Positions 17,758 through 26,868 of a stretch of DNA of 50,622 nucleotides are shown one piece after another. A program made the position numbers and the translations under genes. The stretch's first letter is position 1, and each line of letters starts with the position of its first letter. The notes under the pieces are model-generated. The model saw only the letters and a program-made list of their open reading frames with translations, was not told the DNA's origin and did no database searches. The stretch is from Candidatus Opitulatrix roisinitermitis. Lineage in GTDB: Bacteria > Actinomycetota > Actinomycetes > Actinomycetales > Bifidobacteriaceae. The stretch spans positions 1 to 50,622 of the forward strand of contig JAITSD010000014.1 in the NCBI GenBank assembly GCA_031288055.1. Direction: 5' to 3'.

Positions 17758-20175
17758 TTAAATATAATTTTGTTTAAAAATTTTTATATTTCCTAAACTG
17801 TCCTGGCTAACACCTGATAAACCATCAATATCAGTTCTAATAATTTGTGATCCTAAGTTTGTAAAAAGATTAATTGTTTTATCGTTGGGGTGCCCATAAC
17901 TGTTATCGCGACCAACTTCAAAAATAGCAATTTTAGGATTAATTAATTTTGCTAAATCGTTATTTTGAGTTTTGCTGCCATGGTGAGCAACTTTTAAAAT
18001 ATCAAATTCCCCCATATTTAATTGTTTTAAGCGTTTTAAGGCCTCAGCTTGAGCTTGTTTTTCCATATCACCTAAAAATATGGCTTTTAAATTATTGGAA
18101 TAAATAATTACTCCAACAGATGAATCATTACTAAAGGAATCCTCATTATTGGTTGATTTGGTACTAGTTTGGGAATTAGTATTTATATTTGACTTTGTTT
18201 TATTTGATTTCAAAGTTTGAAAAATATACCATTGGATTTTATGGTTGGTATTATTATCTATATAGTAACCACTTTCTCCCTCCTTGGCTTGGCTTGTAGG
18301 TATATTTTCACTCTGCAATTTATTGTAGCCTAATTTTGATTCGCCAGTTGGGGTTTCCAAGTTGCTAACTATAGCTTGTTTAGTTTGACGATTATTTATA
18401 GCACCTAATAAACCACCCACATGATCATCGTGCCAGTGGCTTAAAATTAGTAAATCTATAGTTTGTATATTTAAATCAGATAAGCAGTTATTTATTTTAT
18501 TATTATCTGAACCAACATCGATAACTATGGCGGAGTTTTGAGAGGTTTTTATAACACTAGCGTCGCCTTGTCCTATATTACAAGCTGCAATTTTCCAATT
18601 TGGATCTATTGTAGTTATAAAATATTTTGGTAAAATTATGGAGCCAGTTATAACCAAAGGTATAAATAATAGAGCTATAAGTGTCAGAATTAAAATTGGT
18701 TTTTGTAAAAAGACAACTTTATAATGTTTAATTTTTTGCGTTATATCGGTGTATAGCAAAGATAATTTAGACTCAATAAAAGCCGGTAAAACTTTTTTTA
18801 TTTTTTTATAGGTATTGTTCCAGATTTTTCCAGATATAGTCCAGTAAAGTATAATATTTAGTAATATCATTAATAGACAACCGATTAAACCATTAACCCA
18901 AGCTAATTTAGCTAAAGGTAAAAAACTAATTAATTTAGATATTATATAGAGCGGATAGGCAAATATGGTTGAGCTAAAGGCTAAAATATAGGCCATTTGG
19001 GGGATTAATGGTGAGATTAGAGCTGATAAAACTCCTAAAATGGTAGCTGGTGCCACAAAAGGTGTGGCTAAGAAATTAGCCATTAAAGTATAAGGTGTAA
19101 AGAAAGGATAAATTAGAATTATAATCGGTCCACAAAAAAACTGAGCTGCTAAAGTTACACTAACTATTGAAGCTATGGTTTTGCCAATAAATCGACTTAA
19201 AAGAATAGTCAGTTTTGGCGTTAGTAAAATAATTCCTAAAGCAGCCGAGCAGCTCATGGCAAAACCATAAGAGGTAGCTAAATAAGGGTCAATAATTAAA
19301 AGTGTTATAATTGTAGCTGATAAAGCAGTTAAGGCTAAGCTTTTGCGTTGTAAAATTAGACCCACTAGTCCAATAATTCCCATAAAAGCTGCTCTTATAA
19401 CGGACGGTTGGGGATGAACTAAGGACATAAAAGCTAAAATACAAATGATTTCAATTCCAGCCGCAATAGTTTTTTTAATATTAAAGGCTAATAAAATTAC
19501 TCCAATTAGGGAAATTATAATGACAAAATGTGAACCAGAGATAGCCACTAAATGAGTTAATCCAGATATTTTAAAATTATCCGATAAATTATCATCGAAA
19601 TTATTGGTATAACCTAAAGCTATAGCTGGTACTAAGGCTCGTCCCACAGGATTAAGTTTGTCTGTCATATCTATAAAAGCTGCTCTAATAACATTAGTGA
19701 TATAATCTAAGCCTGAAGCATATTGTAAAATAGTGAACTTATTAATTTGGGCTTTAGCAGCTAGACGGTTAGCAGGATTATCAGATTTAGTTTTAAAATC
19801 TATTGGCGATAATTTAGCTGTAAACTCAATAGAATCATGATATTTTAAATCACACCAATTTTTAGTCAAGTTTATAGTTTTGTTATTTTGATTAGCTATT
19901 GTTTGTTTAATACCTTGAATTTGTAACCAAAAACCAGATTCGGTTTTAATATCAAATAGACAAACTGTACCAGCTAAAGATTTAGTTGATTTTGCATCAG
20001 AGGTAATTATTCCAGAAGTGGTTATAGTATCAGCATTTTTCGCAGCTTGCAGAAGTTCGGTTGGTTTATAGATATTATTTTGCCAATTAAAAGAAACGAT
20101 CTCTAAAATTATTAATAAACAGATAAATAATAGACTAGGAATTATCTGAGAATAATTATTAAACAACTTGCCCAT
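17758..20175 (-). CDS. comEC: DNA internalisation competence protein ComEC/Rec2
   Basis: 805 aa. N-terminal OB-like region, polytopic competence domain, C-terminal metallo-beta-lactamase domain (LILSHWHDDHVGG, KVAHHGS). Lies downstream of comEA. Confidence 0.85.
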   Translation of the reverse strand: MGKLFNNYSQIIPSLLFICLLIILEIVSFNWQNNIYKPTELLQAAKNADTITTSGIITSDAKSTKSLAGTVCLFDIKTESGFWLQIQGIKQTIANQNNKTINLTKNWCDLKYHDSIEFTAKLSPIDFKTKSDNPANRLAAKAQINKFTILQYASGLDYITNVIRAAFIDMTDKLNPVGRALVPAIALGYTNNFDDNLSDNFKISGLTHLVAISGSHFVIIISLIGVILLAFNIKKTIAAGIEIICILAFMSLVHPQPSVIRAAFMGIIGLVGLILQRKSLALTALSATIITLLIIDPYLATSYGFAMSCSAALGIILLTPKLTILLSRFIGKTIASIVSVTLAAQFFCGPIIILIYPFFTPYTLMANFLATPFVAPATILGVLSALISPLIPQMAYILAFSSTIFAYPLYIISKLISFLPLAKLAWVNGLIGCLLMILLNIILYWTISGKIWNNTYKKIKKVLPAFIESKLSLLYTDITQKIKHYKVVFLQKPILILTLIALLFIPLVITGSIILPKYFITTIDPNWKIAACNIGQGDASVIKTSQNSAIVIDVGSDNNKINNCLSDLNIQTIDLLILSHWHDDHVGGLLGAINNRQTKQAIVSNLETPTGESKLGYNKLQSENIPTSQAKEGESGYYIDNNTNHKIQWYIFQTLKSNKTKSNINTNSQTSTKSTNNEDSFSNDSSVGVIIYSNNLKAIFLGDMEKQAQAEALKRLKQLNMGEFDILKVAHHGSKTQNNDLAKLINPKIAIFEVGRDNSYGHPNDKTINLFTNLGSQIIRTDIDGLSGVSQDSLGNIKIFKQNYI

Positions 20176-20209
20176 AATACTACTGCTGGAATAAATAATC
20201 TATAATCAT

Positions 20210-21010
20210 TCATATTCGTATTTGGTCTTTTATTTTATCAAATATGGCATCACCTATACCTTTAACATTTTTAATTTCATCTATATTAGAAAACGAACCA
20301 TTTTGAGTTCTATAATCAATTATTCTTTGGGCAATAGCTGGACCTATGCCATTTAATGTGTCTAATTCGGTTATTGTGGCAGTGTTAATATTAATTCCTG
20401 AAACAGAATTGCTAAGTGTCTGGTTGTTTGGATTTTGATTTAAATTACTATTGTCAGTTTGGGAAGTGTTGATTTTGGGAATATAAATTTGTTCACCGTC
20501 AGTTAATTTTCTGGCTTGATTTATAGTTGAAGCATCCGCTGATTTTTTTAAACCATCAGCTAATTTAATAACATCACTAACTCGGCTGCCAACGTCTAAT
20601 TCATAAACTCCTGGTTTATTGATTTCACCTTGTATATCAATGAAAAGTTTGCTATTAGTTAAGTCAAGGAGTTGATTATTATTGGTATTTGCGATGGGTT
20701 CAGAAGCATTAATTTGGTTTGAATTGTCGGGGCTATTGGCGGTTAAGGTTATTATAACACTTATGAAAACTATAATTATGGCAGCCGCACTAGATATGAA
20801 GGTTTTCCAATTTAAAAGGCTTCGTCGTTTAGTTTTGGCGGAAAAATTTAAAGCGTCGTTTTGGGATATTTTAGTTAGTTGTTTTAAATTATTTTTAGAA
20901 TTATTATCAAAACCGATTTTGTCAACAAAAACACCGTTTGTTTGTTTATAAAGTTTATTTAAAAAATTATTATCTGGTGAATCGTTAGTTTTATCAACAA
21001 AATCAGACAT
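20210..21010 (-). CDS. comEA: ComEA-family DNA-binding protein (TM anchor, SLBB-like region, helix-hairpin-helix)
   Basis: C-terminal tandem HhH (ININTATITELDTLNGIGPAIAQRIIDYR...VKGIGDAIFDKIK) and a single TM segment. Confidence 0.8.
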   Translation of the reverse strand: MSDFVDKTNDSPDNNFLNKLYKQTNGVFVDKIGFDNNSKNNLKQLTKISQNDALNFSAKTKRRSLLNWKTFISSAAAIIIVFISVIITLTANSPDNSNQINASEPIANTNNNQLLDLTNSKLFIDIQGEINKPGVYELDVGSRVSDVIKLADGLKKSADASTINQARKLTDGEQIYIPKINTSQTDNSNLNQNPNNQTLSNSVSGININTATITELDTLNGIGPAIAQRIIDYRTQNGSFSNIDEIKNVKGIGDAIFDKIKDQIRI

Positions 21011-21054
21011 AGATTAATTGTCTATATAAAATTTTAATAAATCAAGTTTTTAAT

Positions 21055-21080
21055 TAAAAAAGATGTTTTTGTTGAAAACA
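21055..21080 (-). terminator. Weak AT-rich hairpin plus T-tract between the histidine phosphatase gene and comEA
   Basis: The minus strand reads ATGTTTTcaacaAAAACATcttttt: a 7-bp perfect stem, a 5-nt loop, then a T5 run. The stem is AT-rich (one G:C pair), so stability is low. Confidence 0.3.
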
Positions 21081-21174
21081 TTAGTAAGGATTTTATTTAT
21101 AATATTTATATATTTAGTAAATAACTTTATTAGATTTAGAAATAGTAAATAATTGCTTAATTGTCAAGTGTCTA

Positions 21175-21822
21175 TCAAATATTAATGGCAGGAGCAATGT
21201 ATTTGACTGGTATTTCTACAGTTTTGGTTTGCCAATTATAAACAAAACTGGTTATAGAACAATTAGCTGGTTGTCGTTTAGTTGGATTATGCCAAAGTTT
21301 TTTACCATTAAAATAACGGTGTAAAACCCAAATAGGACTTTGATGGGAAATACAAATAACCTGTTTTCCAGCTTCTTTCTGCCCTATTTCATTAAAAAAA
21401 GCTAAAAATCTTTGCAAAATACTTTTATATGGCTCTCCCCAACTTGGTAAAAAAGGGTTTCTAATTAAATAAGCTAATTGCCAAGGGTTTTTAGGAATAG
21501 GTTTTCCTGCGATAGCACTTTTAGCTTCAATAATTTTTGTATTTTTTATCATTTTTAAGTTTAGCTTGGCTATTATAGGTGTGGCAGTTTCTTGAGCTCT
21601 TAGTAGAGGTGAGGAATATAAGTTATTTGATAAAGGTAAGGTATATGTGCTAAACTTTTCCAGCCAGTTTTGGCGTTGTTGTAAAAATTCGGCTAATTTT
21701 TCAGCTTGTCTATGACCTTTTTTAGATATAAAATAACCATCTAAATGTTCATAAATTACTTTATTAGGATTATAAACTTCAGCATGTCGTACAAAATGAA
21801 AAGTGGTTATGTCATTAGACAT
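21175..21822 (-). CDS. Histidine phosphatase (phosphoglycerate mutase-like) family protein
   Basis: RHG-type motif FVRHAEV near the N-terminus and a second catalytic His region (CISHQSPI). Separated from the hpt stop by 3 nt. Confidence 0.7.
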   Translation of the reverse strand: MSNDITTFHFVRHAEVYNPNKVIYEHLDGYFISKKGHRQAEKLAEFLQQRQNWLEKFSTYTLPLSNNLYSSPLLRAQETATPIIAKLNLKMIKNTKIIEAKSAIAGKPIPKNPWQLAYLIRNPFLPSWGEPYKSILQRFLAFFNEIGQKEAGKQVICISHQSPIWVLHRYFNGKKLWHNPTKRQPANCSITSFVYNWQTKTVEIPVKYIAPAINI

Positions 21823-21825
21823 ATT

Positions 21826-22380
21826 TTATTTATAAACGCTTTCTTTTAAAACAGCTATATAAGGTATATTGCGATAATATTGTGCATAATCTAATCCAAA
21901 ACCAACCACAAATTCATTAGGTATTGTAAAACCGACATATTTAGATTTTACAAGGTGTTTACGAGTTTCTTGTTTTTCTAAAAGAGTAAAAATTTCTATA
22001 TTTGCTGCACCTTTTTTATACAAATAGTCTAGAAGCCATTTCATAGTTAACCCAGTATCTACTATATCTTCGACTATTAAAATATTACTACCTTTAATAT
22101 TTTCATCTAAATCCATAACTAATTTAATATCGCCAGAGGAGTGACTTTCATCACCATAGGATGACAAAGTGATAAAATCAATGTCAACATTTTTGGTCAT
22201 CTTTTTAACTAAATTGGTGATTGTAAAAATTGCACCCTTTAAAATACCCACAACTAACAAATTTTTATTTTTATAGTCGTTATCAAGTTGTTTGGCTATT
22301 TGATCAATTCTGTTATTTAACTGTTCTTCAGTTATTAAGATTTTTTCAATATCGTCGGCATATTGTTCAGATATTTTCAT
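21826..22380 (-). CDS. hpt: Hypoxanthine-guanine phosphoribosyltransferase
   Basis: PRPP-binding motif ILIVEDIVDTGLT; C-terminal FVVGFGLDYAQYYRNIPYI; 184 aa. Confidence 0.9.
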   Translation of the reverse strand: MKISEQYADDIEKILITEEQLNNRIDQIAKQLDNDYKNKNLLVVGILKGAIFTITNLVKKMTKNVDIDFITLSSYGDESHSSGDIKLVMDLDENIKGSNILIVEDIVDTGLTMKWLLDYLYKKGAANIEIFTLLEKQETRKHLVKSKYVGFTIPNEFVVGFGLDYAQYYRNIPYIAVLKESVYK

Positions 22381-22386
22381 ATTATT

Positions 22387-22392
22387 AGTTTA
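22387..22392 (-). promoter_or_regulatory. -10 hexamer (TAAACT) 6 nt from the hpt ATG, without a TG extension
   Basis: The minus strand reads agtaTAAACTaataatATG. Confidence 0.35.
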
Positions 22393-22509
22393 TACTTTAA
22401 TATGCTTTTATAACAAAATTTAGTTAATATTCAGAACTTTATAGGTTTGCAAAATTCACTTTATATAAACTGAAAATATTAGTTCTGTTATAAACAAAGG
22501 AAAATAATT

Positions 22510-24108
22510 ATGATTGTAAAAAACGCTTGGAAATTAATTTCACACTCTAAGGGTCGAAACGTTTTAATTGGGTTGATAATATTTACTGTGGCTGTAACAT
22601 CAACTATTGCTTTATCTATTATGAAAGCGGCTGATGATGCTAAAATACAAGGTTTAGCTAATACTAAAATTACTGCCCAAATTACGACAGATAGACAAAA
22701 AATTATGGAAAATATGCGGAATAACAGCAGTTCTAATGGCAGCCCATCATTTGATAGAAACAGTATGCCAAGTCTTAGTTTAGAACAATTACAAACCTAT
22801 GCCGAATTTGATGGTGTGGAAGATTTTTATTATACTAACACAGTATCATTATCTAATGCTGGTAATTTTGCCCCAATAACTAGTTCGGAAAGTAACAGTT
22901 CCCAAAGTAATGGCGGTCAATCAAATGGAGCAAGGCAATTATTTGGATCTGAAAGCAATGCTGATTTTAGCTTAACTGGTTATTCTTCACAAGCTGCTAT
23001 GGGAGATTTTGTTGATGGGCAAAAAAGCTTGACTGATGGAGTAATTTTTTCATTTACCGATTCTGCTAAGCAATGTCTTATTTCATCAACTTTAGCCACG
23101 CAAAATGGTACAAAAGTTGGCGATACCATAACTTTGAAGAATCCGTTAAAATCAAGTGAAACTTATAAATTAAAAGTTGTAGGCATTTATAAATCAACCG
23201 AAGAGAATCAATCAGCCAATCAGTCCACACCTTTAGCTTCACAAGATTCAGCTAATGCTATTTTGGTTTCAACGGCAACTGTTAGTGATATTATTTTAAA
23301 TTCAGCTAAAAATCCTGAAACATCTAGTGTGGAGGGTTTTAATGGGCAAAGCCGCGAACAAACCTCAAAGTTTGACAATAGAATAAACGGTACTTTCGTT
23401 TTACCATCGCAAGAGACTTATAACCAGTTTAACTCGGAATTAAAGACAGCGGGGTTGAGTGACGATTTTGTTTTACAATCATCTGATATTACCAAGTTTG
23501 AACAGTCTATTTTGCCGCTAGAACAGTTATCAAATTTTGCTTTGACTTTGTTAATAATAGTTTTAATAATTGGAGCTGTGGTTTTAGTGGTATTAAATTT
23601 GTTTAATATTAGGGAAAGAAAATATGAAGTGGGGGTTTTTACAGCTATCGGTATGAGGAAATCAAAAGTGGCTTTACAATTTATTTGTGAATTATTAATT
23701 GTCACAATAATGGCTATTAGTGTTGGAGCATTTGTTGGCAGTGTATCTAGTGTGCCTATTTCAAATAGTATGTTGGCTTCACAAATTCAGCAGGTTGAAA
23801 CTAAACAGACAGAACAAACCCGAACATTTGGCGGACCAGAATCAGCTGGTGCTGGTACTGGGGCAAACCCTAACGCTGGACAAATGCCACGAGCTGGCGG
23901 AGCTGGCGGAGGACCTTTATCTGATAGAACCGCCAATCAAAATACTGGACCAGTGTCTTATATTAGTCAAATTAGCACTTCTGTAAATATTAATATATTA
24001 TTAGAGCTTTTAATAATCGGTTTGGCTTTATCATTGATTGCTACGGTTGGACAAATGATTTTCGTTTTGCGGTATGAACCTTTACAAATTTTAGCGGATA
24101 GAAATTAA
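22510..24108 (+). CDS. ABC transporter permease, FtsX/MacB-like
   Basis: N-terminal TM, large Ser/Asn-rich extracytoplasmic domain, three C-terminal TMs and the C-terminal LRYEPLQIL. A Gly/Ala/Pro-rich insert lies between the last TMs. AAGGAAA Shine-Dalgarno. An ATPase gene follows. Confidence 0.75.
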   Translation: MIVKNAWKLISHSKGRNVLIGLIIFTVAVTSTIALSIMKAADDAKIQGLANTKITAQITTDRQKIMENMRNNSSSNGSPSFDRNSMPSLSLEQLQTYAEFDGVEDFYYTNTVSLSNAGNFAPITSSESNSSQSNGGQSNGARQLFGSESNADFSLTGYSSQAAMGDFVDGQKSLTDGVIFSFTDSAKQCLISSTLATQNGTKVGDTITLKNPLKSSETYKLKVVGIYKSTEENQSANQSTPLASQDSANAILVSTATVSDIILNSAKNPETSSVEGFNGQSREQTSKFDNRINGTFVLPSQETYNQFNSELKTAGLSDDFVLQSSDITKFEQSILPLEQLSNFALTLLIIVLIIGAVVLVVLNLFNIRERKYEVGVFTAIGMRKSKVALQFICELLIVTIMAISVGAFVGSVSSVPISNSMLASQIQQVETKQTEQTRTFGGPESAGAGTGANPNAGQMPRAGGAGGGPLSDRTANQNTGPVSYISQISTSVNINILLELLIIGLALSLIATVGQMIFVLRYEPLQILADRN

Positions 24109-24128
24109 TATAAAAAAAGAGGCAAATT

Positions 24129-24782
24129 ATGAGTATTTTAAAATTAAACAAAGTTAGTTATAAATATGCTAATGGTAGAAACAATCGCGAGGTTATAAAG
24201 GACAAATCTTATAAATTTGACACAGGTAAACTATATGGGATTGTTGGTAAATCGGGTTCAGGTAAAACCACTTTATTATCTTTATTGTCCGGTTTGACAA
24301 AGCCTACTTCGGGACAAGTAATTTATAATGGCGAAAATTTAACTAAAATAAATAGTGCAGATTATAGAGCTAGAAATTGTGGAGTTATTTTTCAAAGTTT
24401 TAATTTGTTGCCGCAATTATCGGCTGTTGAAAATATTGTTTTAGCTATGGATATTTCTGGTAAAAAGTTTAGGCAAAGCAAAATTAAATTAGCCAAAGAA
24501 TCTTTGGCAATAGTAAAATTAGCAGAAGAGTATGCTAATAAGAAAATCCTTCACCTTTCAGGCGGCGAGCAACAAAGAGTGGCAATAGCTAGAGCTTTAT
24601 CAATTCAGCCAGACATTATTTTAGCTGATGAACCAACGGGTAATTTAGATGCTGAAACTCAAAATGATATTATAAATATTTTTGATAGTTTAGCACACCA
24701 AATGAACAAATGTGTAATTATAGTAACCCATTCACCTGAAGTGGCTAAACGATTAGACGCTATTTATGAGTTGAAAAAATAA
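24129..24782 (+). CDS. ABC transporter ATP-binding protein (MacB/LolD-type)
   Basis: Walker A GKSGSGKTT, signature LSGGEQQR, Walker B IILADEPT, H-loop VTHSPE. Confidence 0.9.
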   Translation: MSILKLNKVSYKYANGRNNREVIKDKSYKFDTGKLYGIVGKSGSGKTTLLSLLSGLTKPTSGQVIYNGENLTKINSADYRARNCGVIFQSFNLLPQLSAVENIVLAMDISGKKFRQSKIKLAKESLAIVKLAEEYANKKILHLSGGEQQRVAIARALSIQPDIILADEPTGNLDAETQNDIINIFDSLAHQMNKCVIIVTHSPEVAKRLDAIYELKK

Positions 24783-24900
24783 TTTTTAATTTATAGTTTT
24801 TATCAATTTGTTTAATTAGGAAAAAATCTTAATTAACTATAGACTGTTTAATAGTAATTACACTAATAAAATTATAAAAAACTTATTCAAGGAGTGAAAT

Positions 24901-25083
24901 ATGGCCTCAAAATGTGAAATCTGCTCTAAACAAGCAGTTTATGGTAATAATGTGTCACATTCACATCTTAAAACGCGTCGTCGTTGGAATCCAAATATTC
25001 AAACAGTTCATATAGTTGTAGCAGGTTCACGAAAAAAAGTTAAGGCCTGCACATCTTGCATTAAGGCAGGGAAGGTGGTCTAA
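24901..25083 (+). CDS. rpmB: 50S ribosomal protein L28 (Cys-containing, zinc-ribbon form)
   Basis: MASKCEICSK...NVSHSH.KTRRRW.PN...CTSCIKAGKV. Two CxxC pairs. AGGAG Shine-Dalgarno. The stop overlaps the rplU start (TAATG). Confidence 0.9.
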   Translation: MASKCEICSKQAVYGNNVSHSHLKTRRRWNPNIQTVHIVVAGSRKKVKACTSCIKAGKVV

Positions 25084-25670
25084 TGGCATATGCAGTAATT
25101 AGTATTGGTGGACATCAGGAAAAAGTTAGTAAAGGTTCTATAGTTGTGGTTAATCGTTTAGCTGATAAAACTGGCACAAAGTTAACTTTTCCATGTAAAT
25201 TATATGTTGATGATAAAGAAGTTGTGACTGATTCTAAAAAATTGCATAATTATCAAGTTTCAGCTAAAGTTTTGGCAGATGATATTAAAGGTCCTAAAAT
25301 AAATATTATGAAGTATAAAAATAAAACTCGTTATCATAATAGAATGGGACATAGACAACAGTTAACTCGTTTAGAAATTGTGTCTATTGGCGTTTTAAAA
25401 AGCTCTAAATCAAGCGATAGAGTTAAAGACAGTAATAATTTGCCAGTTACTAAAAAACCAGTAACGGCCAACCAGCCTATTGCTAAAAAACCAACTACTA
25501 AAAAAATACCTACTAAAAAAACGATTGCCAAAAAATCAACAGTCATTAAGTCATCAGTTGCTAAAAAAACTGTAGCTGAAAAAAAGTCAACAGCCACTAA
25601 ATCGTCAACCGTTAAAAAACCAACTACTAAAAAATCAGTTGCTAAGCAAACTGCGGTTATTAAAAAATAA
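25083..25670 (+). CDS. rplU: 50S ribosomal protein L21 with about 90-aa Lys/Thr/Ala-rich C-terminal extension
   Basis: MAYAVISIGGHQEKV...KGPKINIMKYKNKTRYHNRMGHRQQLTRLEI is a canonical L21 core (about 103 aa). Repeated KKP/TTKK/VAKK units follow. Confidence 0.85.
   Translation: MAYAVISIGGHQEKVSKGSIVVVNRLADKTGTKLTFPCKLYVDDKEVVTDSKKLHNYQVSAKVLADDIKGPKINIMKYKNKTRYHNRMGHRQQLTRLEIVSIGVLKSSKSSDRVKDSNNLPVTKKPVTANQPIAKKPTTKKIPTKKTIAKKSTVIKSSVAKKTVAEKKSTATKSSTVKKPTTKKSVAKQTAVIKK
25392..25667 (+). repeat. Lys/Thr/Ala-rich low-complexity coding repeats (L21 C-terminal tail)
   Basis: Repeated aaaaaaccaactactaaaaaa-type units encode KKPTTKK, IAKKST, VAKKTV and related peptides. Confidence 0.7.
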
Positions 25671-25689
25671 GAGTTTAAAGGAGTAATTT

Positions 25690-25938
25690 ATGGCACATAA
25701 AAAAGCGGGTAGTTCATCCAGAAATGGCAGAGATTCTAATGCTCAAAGACTTGGTGTTAAAAGATTTGCTGGTCAAAAAGTTTCAGCTGGCGAAATAGTT
25801 GTGCGACAAAGAGGCACTAAATTTCATCCGGGTAGGAATGTTGGTATAGGAAAAGACGATACTCTATTTGCTTTAAAAACTGGACAAGTAGCTTTTACTA
25901 ATCGTAAAGATAGATCAACAGTAGATATAGTTATATAG
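25690..25938 (+). CDS. rpmA: 50S ribosomal protein L27
   Basis: [29 protein letters not shown]...[16 protein letters not shown] Shine-Dalgarno. Confidence 0.95.
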   Translation: MAHKKAGSSSRNGRDSNAQRLGVKRFAGQKVSAGEIVVRQRGTKFHPGRNVGIGKDDTLFALKTGQVAFTNRKDRSTVDIVI

Positions 25939-26000
25939 TTCAAATTTGTAGTGTAGAGTCCGCACAAAAGGATCTTTTGACAAGTTAATTTATTTTAAAA

Positions 26001-26828
26001 ATGGTACAAGCTCTTTATAATCGTTTAACCACAGAGGAGCTTTTGGCTAAAGAAAAAACCCGTTATCAAAAGAAGTTAGAGGATTACGGGTTCGGGTATG
26101 GGTTTTTTGAAAAATATAAAAGATTTTCTCGTATTCCGGTGATAATAATTTGTTTAATAACATTAATATCTTATGCTTTGCCAATTATTTTTTGGGATAT
26201 GCCAGCAAATTATGATTTTGCTTTTTTGATAATTTTTAATATAACATGGATTTTTTTAGCTATAGATTATTTTATAAGGTTGATTTTAGCTAAAAAGAAA
26301 GGTCAGTTTATTGTTAAAAACATTTTAGATTTAATTGCTATAGCTATTCCGCAAGTTCGTCCTTTAAGATTAATTAGACTTTTAACTTTATTTACTTTGT
26401 TTAGAAAATCAGTTAAAGTTAATCAGTTAAACGAATTAATTCTTTACACAATTTATTCTTTTGGTTTAATCACTGTAATTGGGGGTTTGGCTTTAACAGA
26501 CTGCGAACATGATGCCCCAAATACAACAATTCATAACGCTTGGGATGGTTTATATTTGGCAATTCAATCTATCACTTTAGCTGGTTCAGGCACTCATAGT
26601 CCTGCGACTTATCAAGGTCAAATTATATCTTCTATATTAATGATTATAGGGGTTATTTTATTAGGTGTTAGTGCTAGAATAGGCGTGGCATTTTTTATGC
26701 GTAAAACTAGGCGAGATAATATAGAATATACTTTATCACATGCTGAGGCTATTAAAACAATGGATCAATATCGTCAATTAAAGAAAAATATAAATAAAGC
26801 TTTGGACGATGAAGATATTGAATCGTGA
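26001..26828 (+). CDS. Ion-transport (voltage-gated K+-channel-like) protein with atypical pore sequence
   Basis: S4-like helix with basic residues every third position (VRPLRLIRLLTLFTLFRK). The pore region reads WDGLYLAIQSITLAGSGTHSP where K+ channels have T-V-G-Y-G. Confidence 0.7.
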   Translation: MVQALYNRLTTEELLAKEKTRYQKKLEDYGFGYGFFEKYKRFSRIPVIIICLITLISYALPIIFWDMPANYDFAFLIIFNITWIFLAIDYFIRLILAKKKGQFIVKNILDLIAIAIPQVRPLRLIRLLTLFTLFRKSVKVNQLNELILYTIYSFGLITVIGGLALTDCEHDAPNTTIHNAWDGLYLAIQSITLAGSGTHSPATYQGQIISSILMIIGVILLGVSARIGVAFFMRKTRRDNIEYTLSHAEAIKTMDQYRQLKKNINKALDDEDIES

Positions 26829-26868
26829 CCAGGATATTGGATAGTAAATACCGCCAAATAAGCCTTAG

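Noticed and set aside
22381-22509. Divergent intergenic region at the strand-orientation switch, considered as a possible replication origin; it contains CAGAACT ... AGTTCTG 7-bp inverted repeats
   Set aside because: There are no DnaA-box-like TTATCCACA motifs and no dnaA/dnaN nearby. The region is only about 130 nt and is adequately explained by two divergent promoters and a Shine-Dalgarno sequence. The inverted repeat arms are short and widely spaced.
23418-23986. Two ORFs (23418-23705 minus strand, 23720-23986 plus strand out of frame) within the FtsX-type permease gene
   Set aside because: Both overlap the permease TM region and its low-complexity insert. The plus-strand one is simply an alternative frame of the GC-rich repeat. 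Neither shows motifs or translation signals.
25334-25597. 87-aa minus-strand ORF opposite the L21 tail
   Set aside because: It is the antisense reading of the AAA/ACT-rich repeats, which gives a Phe/Leu/Val-rich artefact. It is embedded in a ribosomal protein gene.
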